A stretch of 64,000 bases of DNA from Octopus sinensis. Its lineage: Eukaryota. The translations under genes were made by a program, and so were the position numbers. The notes below the pieces were generated by a model, which made no database searches, was not told the DNA's origin, and was given only the letters and a program-made list of their open reading frames with translations. Where the stretch lies: the NCBI RefSeq assembly GCF_006345805.1, contig NC_043004.1, positions 57,846,001 through 57,910,000 of the forward strand, given 5' to 3'. Shown here piece after piece: positions 1-12,051 of this stretch. Positions within the stretch are counted from its first letter, which is position 1, and each line of letters begins with the position of its first letter.

Positions 1-149
1 AAACATTAAAACCATTAATGCAATGTTTGAAAGGCGATCATAAAAGACATATTCCTATGGATGGAATCTATCGAATAAAAATCTGAAATCAGCAAAATTT
101 ACACGGGATATTCATAACCATACAAACACTCAACAATAAACCTTAAATA

Positions 150-201
150 AGTGCCGAAGAAGGGGCAACAACCCCCACCACCGAAATATGGTATATACAC
201 T
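150..201 (+). ncRNA. Degenerate type I hammerhead-like motif (U4C, irregular stem II) in a probable PLE tail
   Basis: AGTG-CCGAAGA-[GGGG/CCCC hairpin]-GAAA-TATGGTA-TA-CACT; stem I AGTG/CACT, 4-bp stem III, AUA triplet. Confidence 0.35.
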
Positions 202-217
202 CAAAACCTACTTTATA

Positions 218-392
218 GGCGCAGAAGTGGCTGTGCGGTAAGTATTTTGCTTACCAACCATAGGGTTCAGGATTCAGTCCCATTGTCTGGCACCTTGGGC
301 AAGTGTCTTCTACTATAGCCTCGGGCCGACTAAAGCCTTTTGTGTGGATTTGGTAGACGGAAACTGAAAGAAGCCCGTCGTATATATATGTA

Positions 393-466
<74 letters not shown>

Positions 467-620
467 TACGTCCCCTTAATCTAGCGGTTCGGCAAAAGGG
501 ACCTATAGAATAAGTACTTGGCTTACAAAGAATAAGTCCTGCGGTCGATTTGCTCGACTAATGGCGGTTTTCCAGCATGGCCGCAGTCAAATGACTGAAA
601 CAAATAAACGAGTAAAAGAG
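218..620 (+). mobile_element. tRNA-derived SINE family A
   Basis: Pol III A-box/B-box-like head, conserved body, internal (TA)n/(TG)n, AGTAAAAG tail; more than 12 homologous copies in the window. Confidence 0.85.
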
Positions 621-961
621 TATATATTTACCCGCGCCCATATAAGTGCTTGCATCTATAAATGTGTGCGTCCTTGTAAGTATGTGCTTGCATGCGTATA
701 TGTGTGCTAGTATCAGATCACAATCAAGTGCCGATTTATGAGCACAAAAAAGAAAGCAAAACAAAAAAAAAACTGAATATAGCCCCAAAATCGGTCGATC
801 TCATAACTGTAAGGATAAAGGCAAGGCAGGAGAAGGCACCAATCAGAGTAATTTGAAACGATCGAACAATACAATATATTTCAGATGCAGCTAAATAAAC
901 TGTTTCCAAGTCACCAAACTCCTATTCCGCTCAGCTAACACTCATTTCAAATTTTACCCGT

Positions 962-1590
962 CGTGCTAACGATTCTGCCAGCTGGCCACATTATTCTTAT
1001 GTTAAATTCTATCAACTATAGACACAGGCCTGGACTTTTGAAAAAGAGGATAGTGGATTACACCGACCCCAGTACTCATTTTATTGAGCCCCGAGAAGAT
1101 GAAAGGCAAAGCCGTCCTCGGCGGAATTTGAATTCAGAACATGCAGACAGATGAAATATCGCTTAGCATTTTGCTTGGCGTGCTAAAGATTCTTATTTCT
1201 TTATAGCCCACAAGGTGCTAAACATAGAGGGGACAAACAAGGACAGACAAACGGATTAAGTCGATTACATCGACCTCAGTGCATAACTGGTACTTAATTT
1301 ATCGACCCCGAAAGGAGGAAAGGCAAAGTCGATCTCGGCGGAATTTTAACTCAGAACGTAACAGCCGACGAAATACCGCTAAGTATTTTAAAGGAGGGCC
1401 TAGGCCCATCACGTCGACTGTAGTGTTGAACTGGTACTTCTTTTATCGACACCGAGAAGATGAAAGGCAAAATCGACCACGGCGGAATTTGCACTCAGAA
1501 CGTGAAAACTTACGAAATGCCGCTAAGCATTTTGCCTGGCCTGCTAATGAATCTTCCTGCTCACCACTACTTTGCTCTTATGTATATTAA
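962..1590 (-). mobile_element. Cluster of partial tRNA-derived SINE family B copies
   Basis: Repeated GATGAAAGGCAAAGTCGAC/GGCGGAATTTGAACTCAGAAC segments homologous to full copies elsewhere. Confidence 0.8.
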
Positions 1591-1667
1591 CTTTAAAATT
1601 TCGGTAGCTTCTATCACGAATCATTTACTGCGCATGTGTGACTGTCCATTTGCTGAAAAACAGATTC

Positions 1668-2037
1668 ATCGCATTATTTACATTCGACGAATATTTTTCC
1701 TCATCTCGTTTCTTGTTAAAACAACGTTTCGGCTGATATACCCTCCAGCCTTCTTCGGGTGTCTTGGGGAAGTTTTGAACCTGGGTCCTCAATTCTAAGG
1801 TATTTTTCGATGTTGTTGTTATTATTATTATTATTATTAATATTATTGTTATTGTTCAGGACACTGTTTGGAATCGAACTCGGAATCTTGGGGTTTGTAG
1901 CCCGCGCTCGTAACTACTACGGCATATTCCCGTGAGCAATTATGGAGTGAATTTTAGGCGTATTGGTTAAGAGTGCGGGCTACTAACCCCAAGATTCCGA
2001 GTTCATTCCAAGCAGTGACCTGAACAATAACAATAAC

Positions 2038-2068
<31 letters not shown>

Positions 2069-2290
2069 GCATCAACAACAACAATAATAATAATAACAAC
2101 ATTGAAAAATACCTTAGGAATGAGGACCCAGGATCAAAATTTCCCCAAGACACCTGATGAATGCTGGAGGGTATATCAGCCGAAACGCTGTGTTAACAAC
2201 AAATAAGATGAGGACAAATATCCGTCGAATGTAAATAATGTACATAATTCCTCATCTCTTAAATATAGAGCTGATTCATCCCATTCACAA
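1668..2290. mobile_element. Head-to-head dimer of tRNA-headed, hammerhead-tailed SINE (family C)
   Basis: Minus copy ~1668-1930 and plus copy ~1945-2290; each has a tRNA-like head (B box GAGTTCGATTCC), (AAT)n and a tail with CTGATGA-A-stem-GAAACG. Confidence 0.8.
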
Positions 2291-2611
2291 CACATATAAA
2301 AACTTATTTTAAATGACATGTCCACAACTCCGTCTCTAACGAACGTATAATAAGCAATAACATTTCGCCACTCATGACAACGACATGTCATCGGCTCATA
2401 GCAGCTGCAAATTCAGGGAGCATGAGACGAAGGATCATTCATAAAATGTAGTAACACAACACAGGAGGAACACGAGCTTCATGCAACACATAGCAACATT
2501 CTATTCACAAAACATAGCTACGCACATTCGCACAAATGTACAGTTACACGACATATGCAACAAACACGGCATAGCAACATACCTAGCAAGGAGTACGTTC
2601 GCAAAATATAT

Positions 2612-2837
2612 ATATTTCTTTTCTACCCATAAGGGGCTAAACACAGAGGGGACAAACAAGGACAGACAAACGGATTAAGTCGATTACATCGACCCCAGTG
2701 CGTAACTGGTACTTAATTTATCAACCCCGAAAGGATGAAAGGCAAAGTCGACCTCGGCGGAATTTGAACCCAGAACGTAACGGCAGACGAAATACGACCA
2801 CGCATTTCATCCTTTCGGGGTCGATAAATTAAGTACC
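2612..2837 (-). mobile_element. SINE family B copy with short inverted duplication at its end
   Basis: Homology to family B; 2806-2837 is an inverted copy of ~2707-2740. Confidence 0.8.
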
Positions 2838-3562
2838 ATGTGTTGTGAACGTTGTGTTGCTATGTTTTGTGAGTGTTACGTTGCTACGTATTATGTCATT
2901 GCAGGGTTGTTATATTTTGCGAACGTAACAACCCTGCAATGACATAATACGTAGCAACGTAACAGTCTCAAAACATAGCAACACAACATTCACAACACAT
3001 GTACCATGTTTAAAACATAAAATGGAAATAAAAAAAACAAAAACAAACACGAAACACACAATTACAACACATAGAAACGGCACATACACAACGCACAAAA
3101 GTGCCACATTCACTGCCTCGTAAAACACCCACATTCACAACATTCATAACATACAGAAAGGAGCGCTACATTTACATGTAGCACAGCTGATCAGTCACAG
3201 GAAACATTCATAATACGCAACAAACACCATGTAGCAACATACCCAGCAAGGAGTACGCTCGCAAAATATATCAACCCTGCAATGACATAATACGTAGCAA
3301 CGTAACAGTCACAAAACATAGCAACATAACGTTCGCAACACATGTAGCAATACCATGTTTAAAACATAAAATGGAAATAAAAAAAACAAAAACAAACACG
3401 AAGCACAAAATTACAACACATAGAAACGGCACATACATAACGCACAAAAGTCGCCACATTCACAGCGTCGTAAAATACCCACATTCACAACATTCATAAC
3501 ATACAGAAAGGAGCGCTACATTTACATGTAGCACAACTGATCAGTCACAGGAAACATTCATA
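2838..3562. repeat. Fold-back palindrome (~2838-3000) joined to a ~340-bp tandem duplication
   Basis: Units starting CAACCCTGCAATGACATAATACG at ~2930 and ~3272; inverted copy of the unit start at 2838-2910. Confidence 0.75.
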
Positions 3563-3889
3563 TTTCTCACTAAACGCACACACAACACATACGGATAAAC
3601 TAATATCCATACGCTCATATGTTCACCCTGACATACAAACGAACGTACACACTCATAAACAAATAAGTAGGCGATCTTATTTAAAACCTTGGTGAACTTA
3701 TCAAAATAGACTTTCACATAAAATCACTGAAAATAGTAAATATAGCTATACGAATGCTGATATTTTCCCCTACTCACAGAACTTTCAGTGCGGACACGAT
3801 GACACACTGCACACATAAAAGGAAGCACTACTACAAAAACAGAAAAAGCGCGCACACACGCACACAGAGACACACACGCACACACAAAT

Positions 3890-4041
3890 ATACACACACG
3901 CGCTTGCGCGCACTCTCTCGCGCAAGCGCCCTGTGTGTAAATCAGATGGCATGCAGCAATGAATTGGCAAGGAGCGGATGATACAGAAAAGGCACAATTG
4001 GAGGTGGGGGAGGGGAAAGAGGAGGAAGGAAACAGGTATGT
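3890..4041 (+). other. Candidate exon ending in a strong 5' splice donor (CAG|GTATGT at 4035/4036)
   Basis: CpG-rich non-repeat island followed by a consensus donor; no recognisable protein. Confidence 0.3.
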
Positions 4042-4058
4042 ACATTGTATCTGAACCG

Positions 4059-4160
4059 CCACCACCACCACCACCACCACTACTATTACTACTACTACCA
4101 CCACCACCACTACTACCACTACTATTACTTCTATTACCACCACCACCATCACCACTACGG
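4059..4160 (+). repeat. (CCA)n/(CTA)n trinucleotide microsatellite
   Basis: Direct inspection. Confidence 0.9.
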
Positions 4161-4505
4161 CAGTTAACACTGTTTCCTTTATTAATCATTCTACTATTAT
4201 CACTTTTGGTACTATTCTAGTAATACTACAAATACATTCCGCTTCTACCTGCTTTCCGTCTCTCAGTGCGCGCATGCGATTGTATATATATTAATAGATA
4301 AAACATATGCATATATATATACATATATGTACGTACCTACCTCTACATGTATATATACACGCATGACACCCAAAAAACGTCGAACACAATGAGAAACGAA
4401 AACATAGACACAGACACAAGGAACTGGACATTTTTCTTGAACAACAAAAAAATAGAGTACAGGACAAATAACACAAGGAAAAAACCCCTTCTTCAGTCGC
4501 CATGG

Positions 4506-4547
<42 letters not shown>

Positions 4548-4568
4548 GCACACATATATACAAATACC

Positions 4569-4635
<67 letters not shown>

Positions 4636-5117
4636 GTGCATGCACATTCATATATATGCATGCATACACACACATATCCACATCTATATCTCACAGTGTT
4701 TCACTCTCACTTTCGCCCTCTTTCTTCCTCCTTTCCAGTCCACATTCTCATTCTCAAGGCTCGATTACAAGCCTATACACAACCAAGCATAGCTAACATA
4801 CGTCACTTGTTCGACTACCATTCTGTTTTATAGTAAGACAGTGAGTCGTTGAAAATATCGATCAGATGGTGACGAAATTCAATCAGGTAGCAGGTCAATC
4901 GATACAAGGAGCAATGTTTAGCCCCGCCCTACCACAAAAATCACCCACAATGCTGTGTTCGACGCAGAATCAATATCGAGACAAGTCGCCGAGTTTGTAC
5001 AGAATAGAGATTGACTTGACTACATACTACAGAGCAACAGTGGAGTAATCGGATGAGAGACGTTTGGTAGCTGTGATAGAAGTATAAATGCTATTTTTTT
5101 TTATTAACACGTATCTA

Positions 5118-5148
<31 letters not shown>

Positions 5149-5261
5149 CTGCATATATAAGCACACATACATACACACACCTATCGGACGAGGCACTTGA
5201 ATCGACAGAGTGTGCACCACGCGCACAAATAATTTAGCCTTACACCTACATACAAAATAAT

Positions 5262-5407
5262 TTTTTACGTTATTTACAATCGATGGATATTTGTCCTCAT
5301 CTTGCTGTTAACACATTTCGGCTGATATACCATCCAGCCTTAATCAGGTGTCTTGGGGAAATTTCGAACCTGGGTTCTCAGTCCTAAGGTATTTTTCGAT
5401 GTTTGTG

Positions 5408-5471
<64 letters not shown>

Positions 5472-5750
5472 TCACTGCCCAAGGGTATATGGCGTAGTGG
5501 TTAAGAGCGTGAGCTAGTAACACCAAGATTCCGAGTTCGATTCCAGACAGTGACCTAAATAGTAATGATGATGATGATATTAATAATAATAATAGTAATG
5601 ACAATAAACATCGAAAAATACCTTAGGAATGAGAACCCAGGTTCGAAATTTCCCCAAAACACCTGATGAAGGCTGGAGAGTATATCAGCCGAAACGTTAT
5701 GTTAACAACAAACAAGATGAGGACTTCCTCATCTCTTAAATAATAAAACT
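5262..5750. mobile_element. Head-to-head dimer of family C hammerhead-tailed SINE
   Basis: 5'-truncated minus copy ~5262-5478; full plus copy ~5480-5750 with A box TGGCGTAGTGG and B box GAGTTCGATTCC. Confidence 0.8.
5658..5703 (+). ncRNA. Minimal type I hammerhead motif of family C (extra A after A9, ACGU helix III)
   Basis: AACAC-CTGATGA-A-GGCTG..CAGCC-GAAA-CG-TT-ATGTT; mismatch at the first stem I pair in this copy. Confidence 0.6.
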
Positions 5751-6150
5751 GTATTAAAATAATTTTTATTTTAATTCATTCAATTAGAGAAAATATCTTC
5801 AATGTCTCGTGGTTTAACATAGGAGATTAATAACTGATAAAAAAATCGTCCTTGGCGTCTACGTGCTGCCCTAAACTAGGAAACCATTTGCCATTTTCCC
5901 TGAACCGCACCCGAAATACGTTTATCTTCACTTGTGATTTTTTGTTTTTTTCTGGTGTTGTTTTCTCTCGGATTTGCGTTCTGAATTCAAATGCTACCGC
6001 GGTCGACATTGAACTTATCATTTTGGCTTCGATCAAATAAGTGATAGTTAAGCACTGGAGTCGACTTACTCGACTAGAAACACTCCTTGCTCCCTCAAAA
6101 TTTCAGACTTTGTGAGTATAAGTAGAAAGGATTCTTTGTGTTGCTGTCGA

Positions 6151-6367
6151 AGGCGGTGAGCCAGCAGAATCATTATCGTGTTGGAGAAAATGTTTAGCGT
6201 CATTTCTTCCGGCTTTCGGTCCTGAGTTCAAATGATACCAATATCGAATTTGTTTTTCATCATTTCGGGACGGATAAAATAAATACCAGTTGTGCACGGG
6301 AACGATGTAATTGACCTCCACTTTCCCTCAGAATTGCTGGCCTTGTGCCAATATTCCAAAGGATTAT
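6151..6367 (+). mobile_element. SINE family B (old copy)
   Basis: Homology to family B head and body. Confidence 0.7.
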
Positions 6368-6654
6368 TTCTCCTGTTGTACTTGACGCTCAAATATTTGC
6401 TGAAAAGGTTTCTAGTGTAATGCGGTGTTTTGGAATTTGCTGCAGCGTTTATCTCTGCTGCCATTTCCCATGGATATTCCAACTGCACATCTAAAACGTC
6501 GAACTCTATAATTAATTCCCTGTTTGAATAAATTATTAAAATCCTATTACGTATAGCTATTAACCGTATGTTTTCTAAGTTCAAGGTTATTGAACTTTCT
6601 TGCTTTACTTTTTCCTACTGAAGTCGATCAAATAGTTTCAAATTTTGATACAAA

Positions 6655-6845
6655 GCCAGTAAATTTAGAGGAGTGGTAAGTTGATTACACCAATCTCACT
6701 GCTGAACTGGCAGTTATTCAATCCACTCCGAAGGTATGGCACGCGAAATCGACCTCGGGAAAATATGAACTCAGAATTTAAAGAGCCGGAATAAAGGCTG
6801 CTAAGCATTTTGTCCAACATACTAGTAATCTTGCCTGCTCACTGC
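6655..6845 (-). mobile_element. SINE family B (old copy)
   Basis: Homology to family B. Confidence 0.65.
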
Positions 6846-7357
6846 GTAAATGAAGCGTTTAAAATAAATCCTGCCCAGTAGTGAGACTTATTAAGCAGAC
6901 GTTGATGGGCATGTGTGCTTTTGTTCCGAATAAAAACGATTATTGACAATAATGAGGATTGGTAAAAATGCTAGAGCGTCGTATTAATTCTTTATAGTAA
7001 TTACTTCCGTCATTCTTCATTTTTATTTGAAATCAAGCCAGTATCGATAACATTAGTATGAACCATAAACAGGATTCAATCCATTCTCATAGAAATTTCT
7101 GGTTTCGTGATAATGTAAGAAGACATTGCTAATCTTGTTTAATTTGACAGAAACTCTAAAGGACCGGAAAAAATAACATGTAGGATTAAGTTACTCGCTT
7201 CAGATGCTAAGTTCAGATTCTAATTTAACCACGCTGCAGTGCCGTTGCTTAGCAAAACATAAGACACAAAAAAGACATCGGATGTCGTGAATCAGTAGTG
7301 CTACCAGACACAACGCCCGTTGTCGGTGATGCACGACAACATACATAGGTACATAAA

Positions 7358-7396
<39 letters not shown>

Positions 7397-7404
7397 TATA
7401 TATC

Positions 7405-7437
<33 letters not shown>

Positions 7438-7540
7438 CATATACATACATATATATATATATATATTATATATATATACATACATATATTGGTGAATTGA
7501 AGAAATGGAGAGCTGAACGCAGATTGAACAGAAATCGTTT

Positions 7541-7632
7541 TATTTCATTCTACACGTGTTTCGAAAGGCACAAATTACTAAAATCGATTGAATAATGGGA
7601 CATATTGTGTCTTTCTCTTCAGGAAGAAAATA
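7541..7632 (-). ncRNA. Type I hammerhead ribozyme, intact core
   Basis: TATTTTCTTC-CTGAAGA-GAAAG..CTTTC-GAAA-CACGTG-TA-GAATGAAATA; 10-position stem I with one mismatch, extended stem II, palindromic ACACGTGT helix III, GUA triplet. Confidence 0.85.
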
Positions 7633-7721
7633 GGGAAATCCGTTGGAAAACAAAAAACAGAACAGAGGCGGAGCAAAAAACAAATCGAACTATGCTCCTA
7701 AGAGCCATGGCAAAACTGTGT

Positions 7722-7729
7722 TCATATAC

Positions 7730-7780
<51 letters not shown>

Positions 7781-7895
7781 CATATATAGACATAACATAT
7801 ATATATATATACATATATATATATAATATATACATATATATATACATATATATATATATATACATATATATATACATATATTAATATATATAAAT

Positions 7896-7942
<47 letters not shown>

Positions 7943-8166
7943 TATATATTATATACACACATATATATATACAATATATATATAAATATATATATATAGA
8001 TATATAATATATATACATAATATCTATATACATATATATATATATATTATACATCATAATATATATATATTTTATATATACATATAATATATACATATAC
8101 ATACATATATATATATACATATACATACATATATATATATACATATACATACATATATATATACAT

Positions 8167-8217
<51 letters not shown>

Positions 8218-8380
8218 TACATATATATATATACATACATACATATATATATATATATACATATACATACATATATATATATATAATATAAAACATATAT
8301 ATATAATATACATATACATACATATTATATACATATACATACATATATATATACATATACATACATATATAATATACAAT

Positions 8381-8421
<41 letters not shown>

Positions 8422-8435
8422 CTACATATATATAT

Positions 8436-8480
<45 letters not shown>

Positions 8481-8947
8481 CATACATATATATATATACA
8501 TATACATACACATATATATATATACATATACATACATATATATATACATATACATATAGTATATATATATATATACATATACATACATATATATATATAT
8601 ATATATACATATACATACATATATATATATATATACATATACATACACACACACATATATATATATATATATACATATACATACACATATATATATATAT
8701 ACATATACATACATATATATATATATATGTATATGTATATATTATATATATATATTATATGTATGTATATATATATAATATATATATATATGTATGTAAA
8801 TAATATATATATATATGTATATGTATGTAAATATATATATAAGTATGGATTATATATATATATATAAGTATGTATATGTATATTTATATATATATATGTA
8901 TTTTATGTATATATATATATATGTATGTATATGTATATATATATATG

Positions 8948-8980
<33 letters not shown>

Positions 8981-9361
8981 GTATGTATGTATATATATAT
9001 ATGTAAGTATATGTATATATATATATATTATATATGTATGTATATGCATATATATATTATGTATATGTATATATATATATATGTATGTATATGTATCTAT
9101 ATATATGTATGTATATGTATATATATATGTATATGTATATATATATGTATGATATATATATATATATGTATATTTTATATGTTTATGTATATATTATATG
9201 TATGTTATATATATATTATAGTATATATATATATATGTCATGTATATATATATGTGTATATATATATATGTGTGTGTAAATATATATATATGTAATCTAT
9301 ATGTATATATATATATGTATATATATATATGTATATGTATATATATGTATATGTATATATG

Positions 9362-9394
<33 letters not shown>

Positions 9395-9510
9395 GTATAT
9401 GTATCTATAATATATGTATATAGATTATATATATGTATATCTATATTGTCTATATATATGTGTGATATATATATATATATATATGTATATATATGTGGTT
9501 ACATATATAT

Positions 9511-9545
<35 letters not shown>
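7722..9545. repeat. Giant compound (TA)n/(TACA)n microsatellite with strand switch at ~8725
   Basis: ATAC/ATATAC units on the left, GTAT/GTATAT units on the right. Confidence 0.95.
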
Positions 9546-9554
<9 letters not shown>

Positions 9555-9719
9555 AGTGAGAGAGAGAGAGAGAGAGAGCAGCACGGATTTTTGTCAGGAA
9601 CAGGTCGCGGATTTTAGCGACGAAATATTTTGACAAATTAAACTTAAATGTTGAAGTGAATCGAACGGCTTTTGTGTGTTTCTTAATGGCTTATAAACAC
9701 TTCCACGCTGCAACTGTAG

Positions 9720-9726
9720 ATATATA

Positions 9727-9790
<64 letters not shown>

Positions 9791-10199
9791 TATTGTATAG
9801 GATATATATATGAATAGGTGTATATATATGAATATGTATATATATATGTATAAATATATATGTATTGTATATATATATATGTATTAATAATATATATATA
9901 TATGTATATATATAATATATATGTATATATATATGTATATGTATATATGTATATGTATATATTATATATATTAATAGTATATGTATATATTTATATATGT
10001 ATATGTATATATAATATGTTATGTATATAATATATGTATATGTATATATATATATATGTATATGTATATATATATTATGTATATGTATATATATATATGT
10101 CTATGTATATATATGTATAGTATTATATATATAGTATATGGTATATATATATATGTATATATATATATATTTGTATATGTGTATTATATTATGTCTATA

Positions 10200-10232
<33 letters not shown>

Positions 10233-10262
10233 GGTATCTATATATATGTATATATATATTAT

Positions 10263-10293
<31 letters not shown>

Positions 10294-10294
10294 G

Positions 10295-10325
<31 letters not shown>

Positions 10326-10330
10326 GTATA
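9720..10330. repeat. (TA)n/(TATG)n compound microsatellite
   Basis: Direct inspection. Confidence 0.95.
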
Positions 10331-10700
10331 CTCTCTCTTTTACTCTTTTACTTGTTTCAGTCATTTGACTGCGGCCATGCTGGAGCACCACCTTAGTACT
10401 TATTCTATCGGTCCTCTTTTTGCCGAACCGCTAAGTGACGGGGAGGGACGTAAAAACACCAGCATCGATTGTCAAGCAATGCTAGGGGGACAACACAGAC
10501 ACACAAACACACACACATATGCATATATATACATATATACGACAGGCTTCTTTCAGTTTCCGTCTACAAATCCACTCACAAAGCATGGTCGGCCCGGGGC
10601 TATAGCAGAAGAAGACACTTGCCCAAGATGCCACGCAGTGGGACTGAACCCGCAAACGTGTGGTTGGTTAGCAAGCTACTTACCACACAGCCACTCCTGC
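10331..10700 (-). mobile_element. SINE family A
   Basis: Reverse-complement homology to family A. Confidence 0.9.
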
Positions 10701-10701
10701 G

Positions 10702-10748
<47 letters not shown>

Positions 10749-10793
10749 GTATGTATAATATATATGTATTTATATAATATATATTTATATATG

Positions 10794-10824
<31 letters not shown>

Positions 10825-10866
10825 GTATAATATATTTATATATATATATGTATATATATATATATG

Positions 10867-10917
<51 letters not shown>

Positions 10918-10971
10918 ATATATTATATGTGTGTGTATATATATATATATGTATATATATATGTGTGTGTG

Positions 10972-11002
<31 letters not shown>

Positions 11003-11007
11003 GTATG

Positions 11008-11042
<35 letters not shown>

Positions 11043-11659
11043 ATGTATATATATATAAAACAAATTAAATGGGTGTGTTATTAGCAAATTGAACCAAAAG
11101 GCAAAATGAATAGAGGTCACGTAAGTGACAGACGGTACACTTTTACGGTTTTGAAAATCAGTACTGTTTCCAGCGGTTTTTTTATTATATTTTTTTTATA
11201 TAAGACTAAGAAAGGTAGTTAAGTTTAATCCTTGGAGCTAATAACCGCTGATGGAGATTATGATGTCTACATCAAACTCCGAAATCGCCGATCCGACTAT
11301 AGATACTGTCAGTCATTAAGATAGTGATTTTGTGGCTTTTGAATTGTTTTAACTCTTATTTCTAGCAATAGTTGGTTTCTAGTCAATACCTTCTGTCTCT
11401 TTTGTGACCGCTATTAATTTTGCATTTAGATTTAAGTTGCTAATAAGCTACCCATTTACTTAGTCATTTGCACTTTTACTGCAAACAGTAAGTCCATAGC
11501 GTGTGTATATATATATATATTATATAATATATATTGTATAGAAGGCATTATTACACATAAATGCCTCGCGCTAAGAGGGACATAAGTCATTACTACCAAA
11601 ATTTAACTAATCGTACCCAAATGCAGTTTTCGAAGCAAGACATTTAAAAAATGAATTTA

Positions 11660-11722
11660 GTTCTATATCACCTGTAATTTCACACTTAACGCATCAAATA
11701 CGTCTATGTTCATCAGTAGAAC
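11660..11722 (-). ncRNA. Type I hammerhead ribozyme (left arm)
   Basis: GTTCTA-CTGATGA-stem II-GAAA-TTACAGGTGA-TA-TAGAAC on the minus strand. Confidence 0.8.
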
Positions 11723-11988
11723 TGATTCTGAACACATCATAAATAAACGACCAACATACATGGTGAAGTCAAAAAGACATCTGCTCCCCTCGGCAAAGCA
11801 CATGCAAATGTTTATTCGTCATCATATGATGAATAAACATTTCCATGTGAATAAAATTTCCATGTGCTCCCCTCGGCAAAGCACATGGAAATGTTTATTC
11901 ATCATCCATGTGCTTTGCTGAGGGGAGCAGATGTCTGTTTGACTCTCCCAGGTATGTTGGTCGTTTATTTATGATGTGTTCAGAATCA

Positions 11989-12051
11989 GTTCTACTGATG
12001 AACATAGACGTATTTGATGCGTTAAGTGTGAAATCACAGGTGATATAGAAC
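11989..12051 (+). ncRNA. Type I hammerhead ribozyme (right arm)
   Basis: GTTCTA-CTGATGA-ACAT..GTGT-GAAA-TCACAGGTGA-TA-TAGAAC; perfect 6-bp stem I, AUA triplet. Confidence 0.85.

Noticed and set aside
2355-2405. Minus-strand ATGAGC-CGATGA..GAAA-TGTTA-TT-GCTTAT hammerhead-like pattern
   Set aside because: The core is one nt short and stem II has no closing pairs; too weak to call.
3165-3215. CTGATCA-GTCACAG-GAAAC in the 340-bp tandem unit
   Set aside because: G8 is altered and there are no pairing stems; not a hammerhead.
6228-6584. 118-aa minus ORF with a plausible acceptor near 6520
   Set aside because: No recognisable domain or good donor, and the 3' part is a SINE; cannot be supported without RNA data.
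7249-11120. Long I/Y/M/C-rich ORFs (e.g. 8072-8710, 9981-11084) and similar ORFs at 32-33 kb, 42-44 kb and 62 kb
   Set aside because: Translations of (TA)n/(TG)n microsatellites and SINEs; no coding signal.
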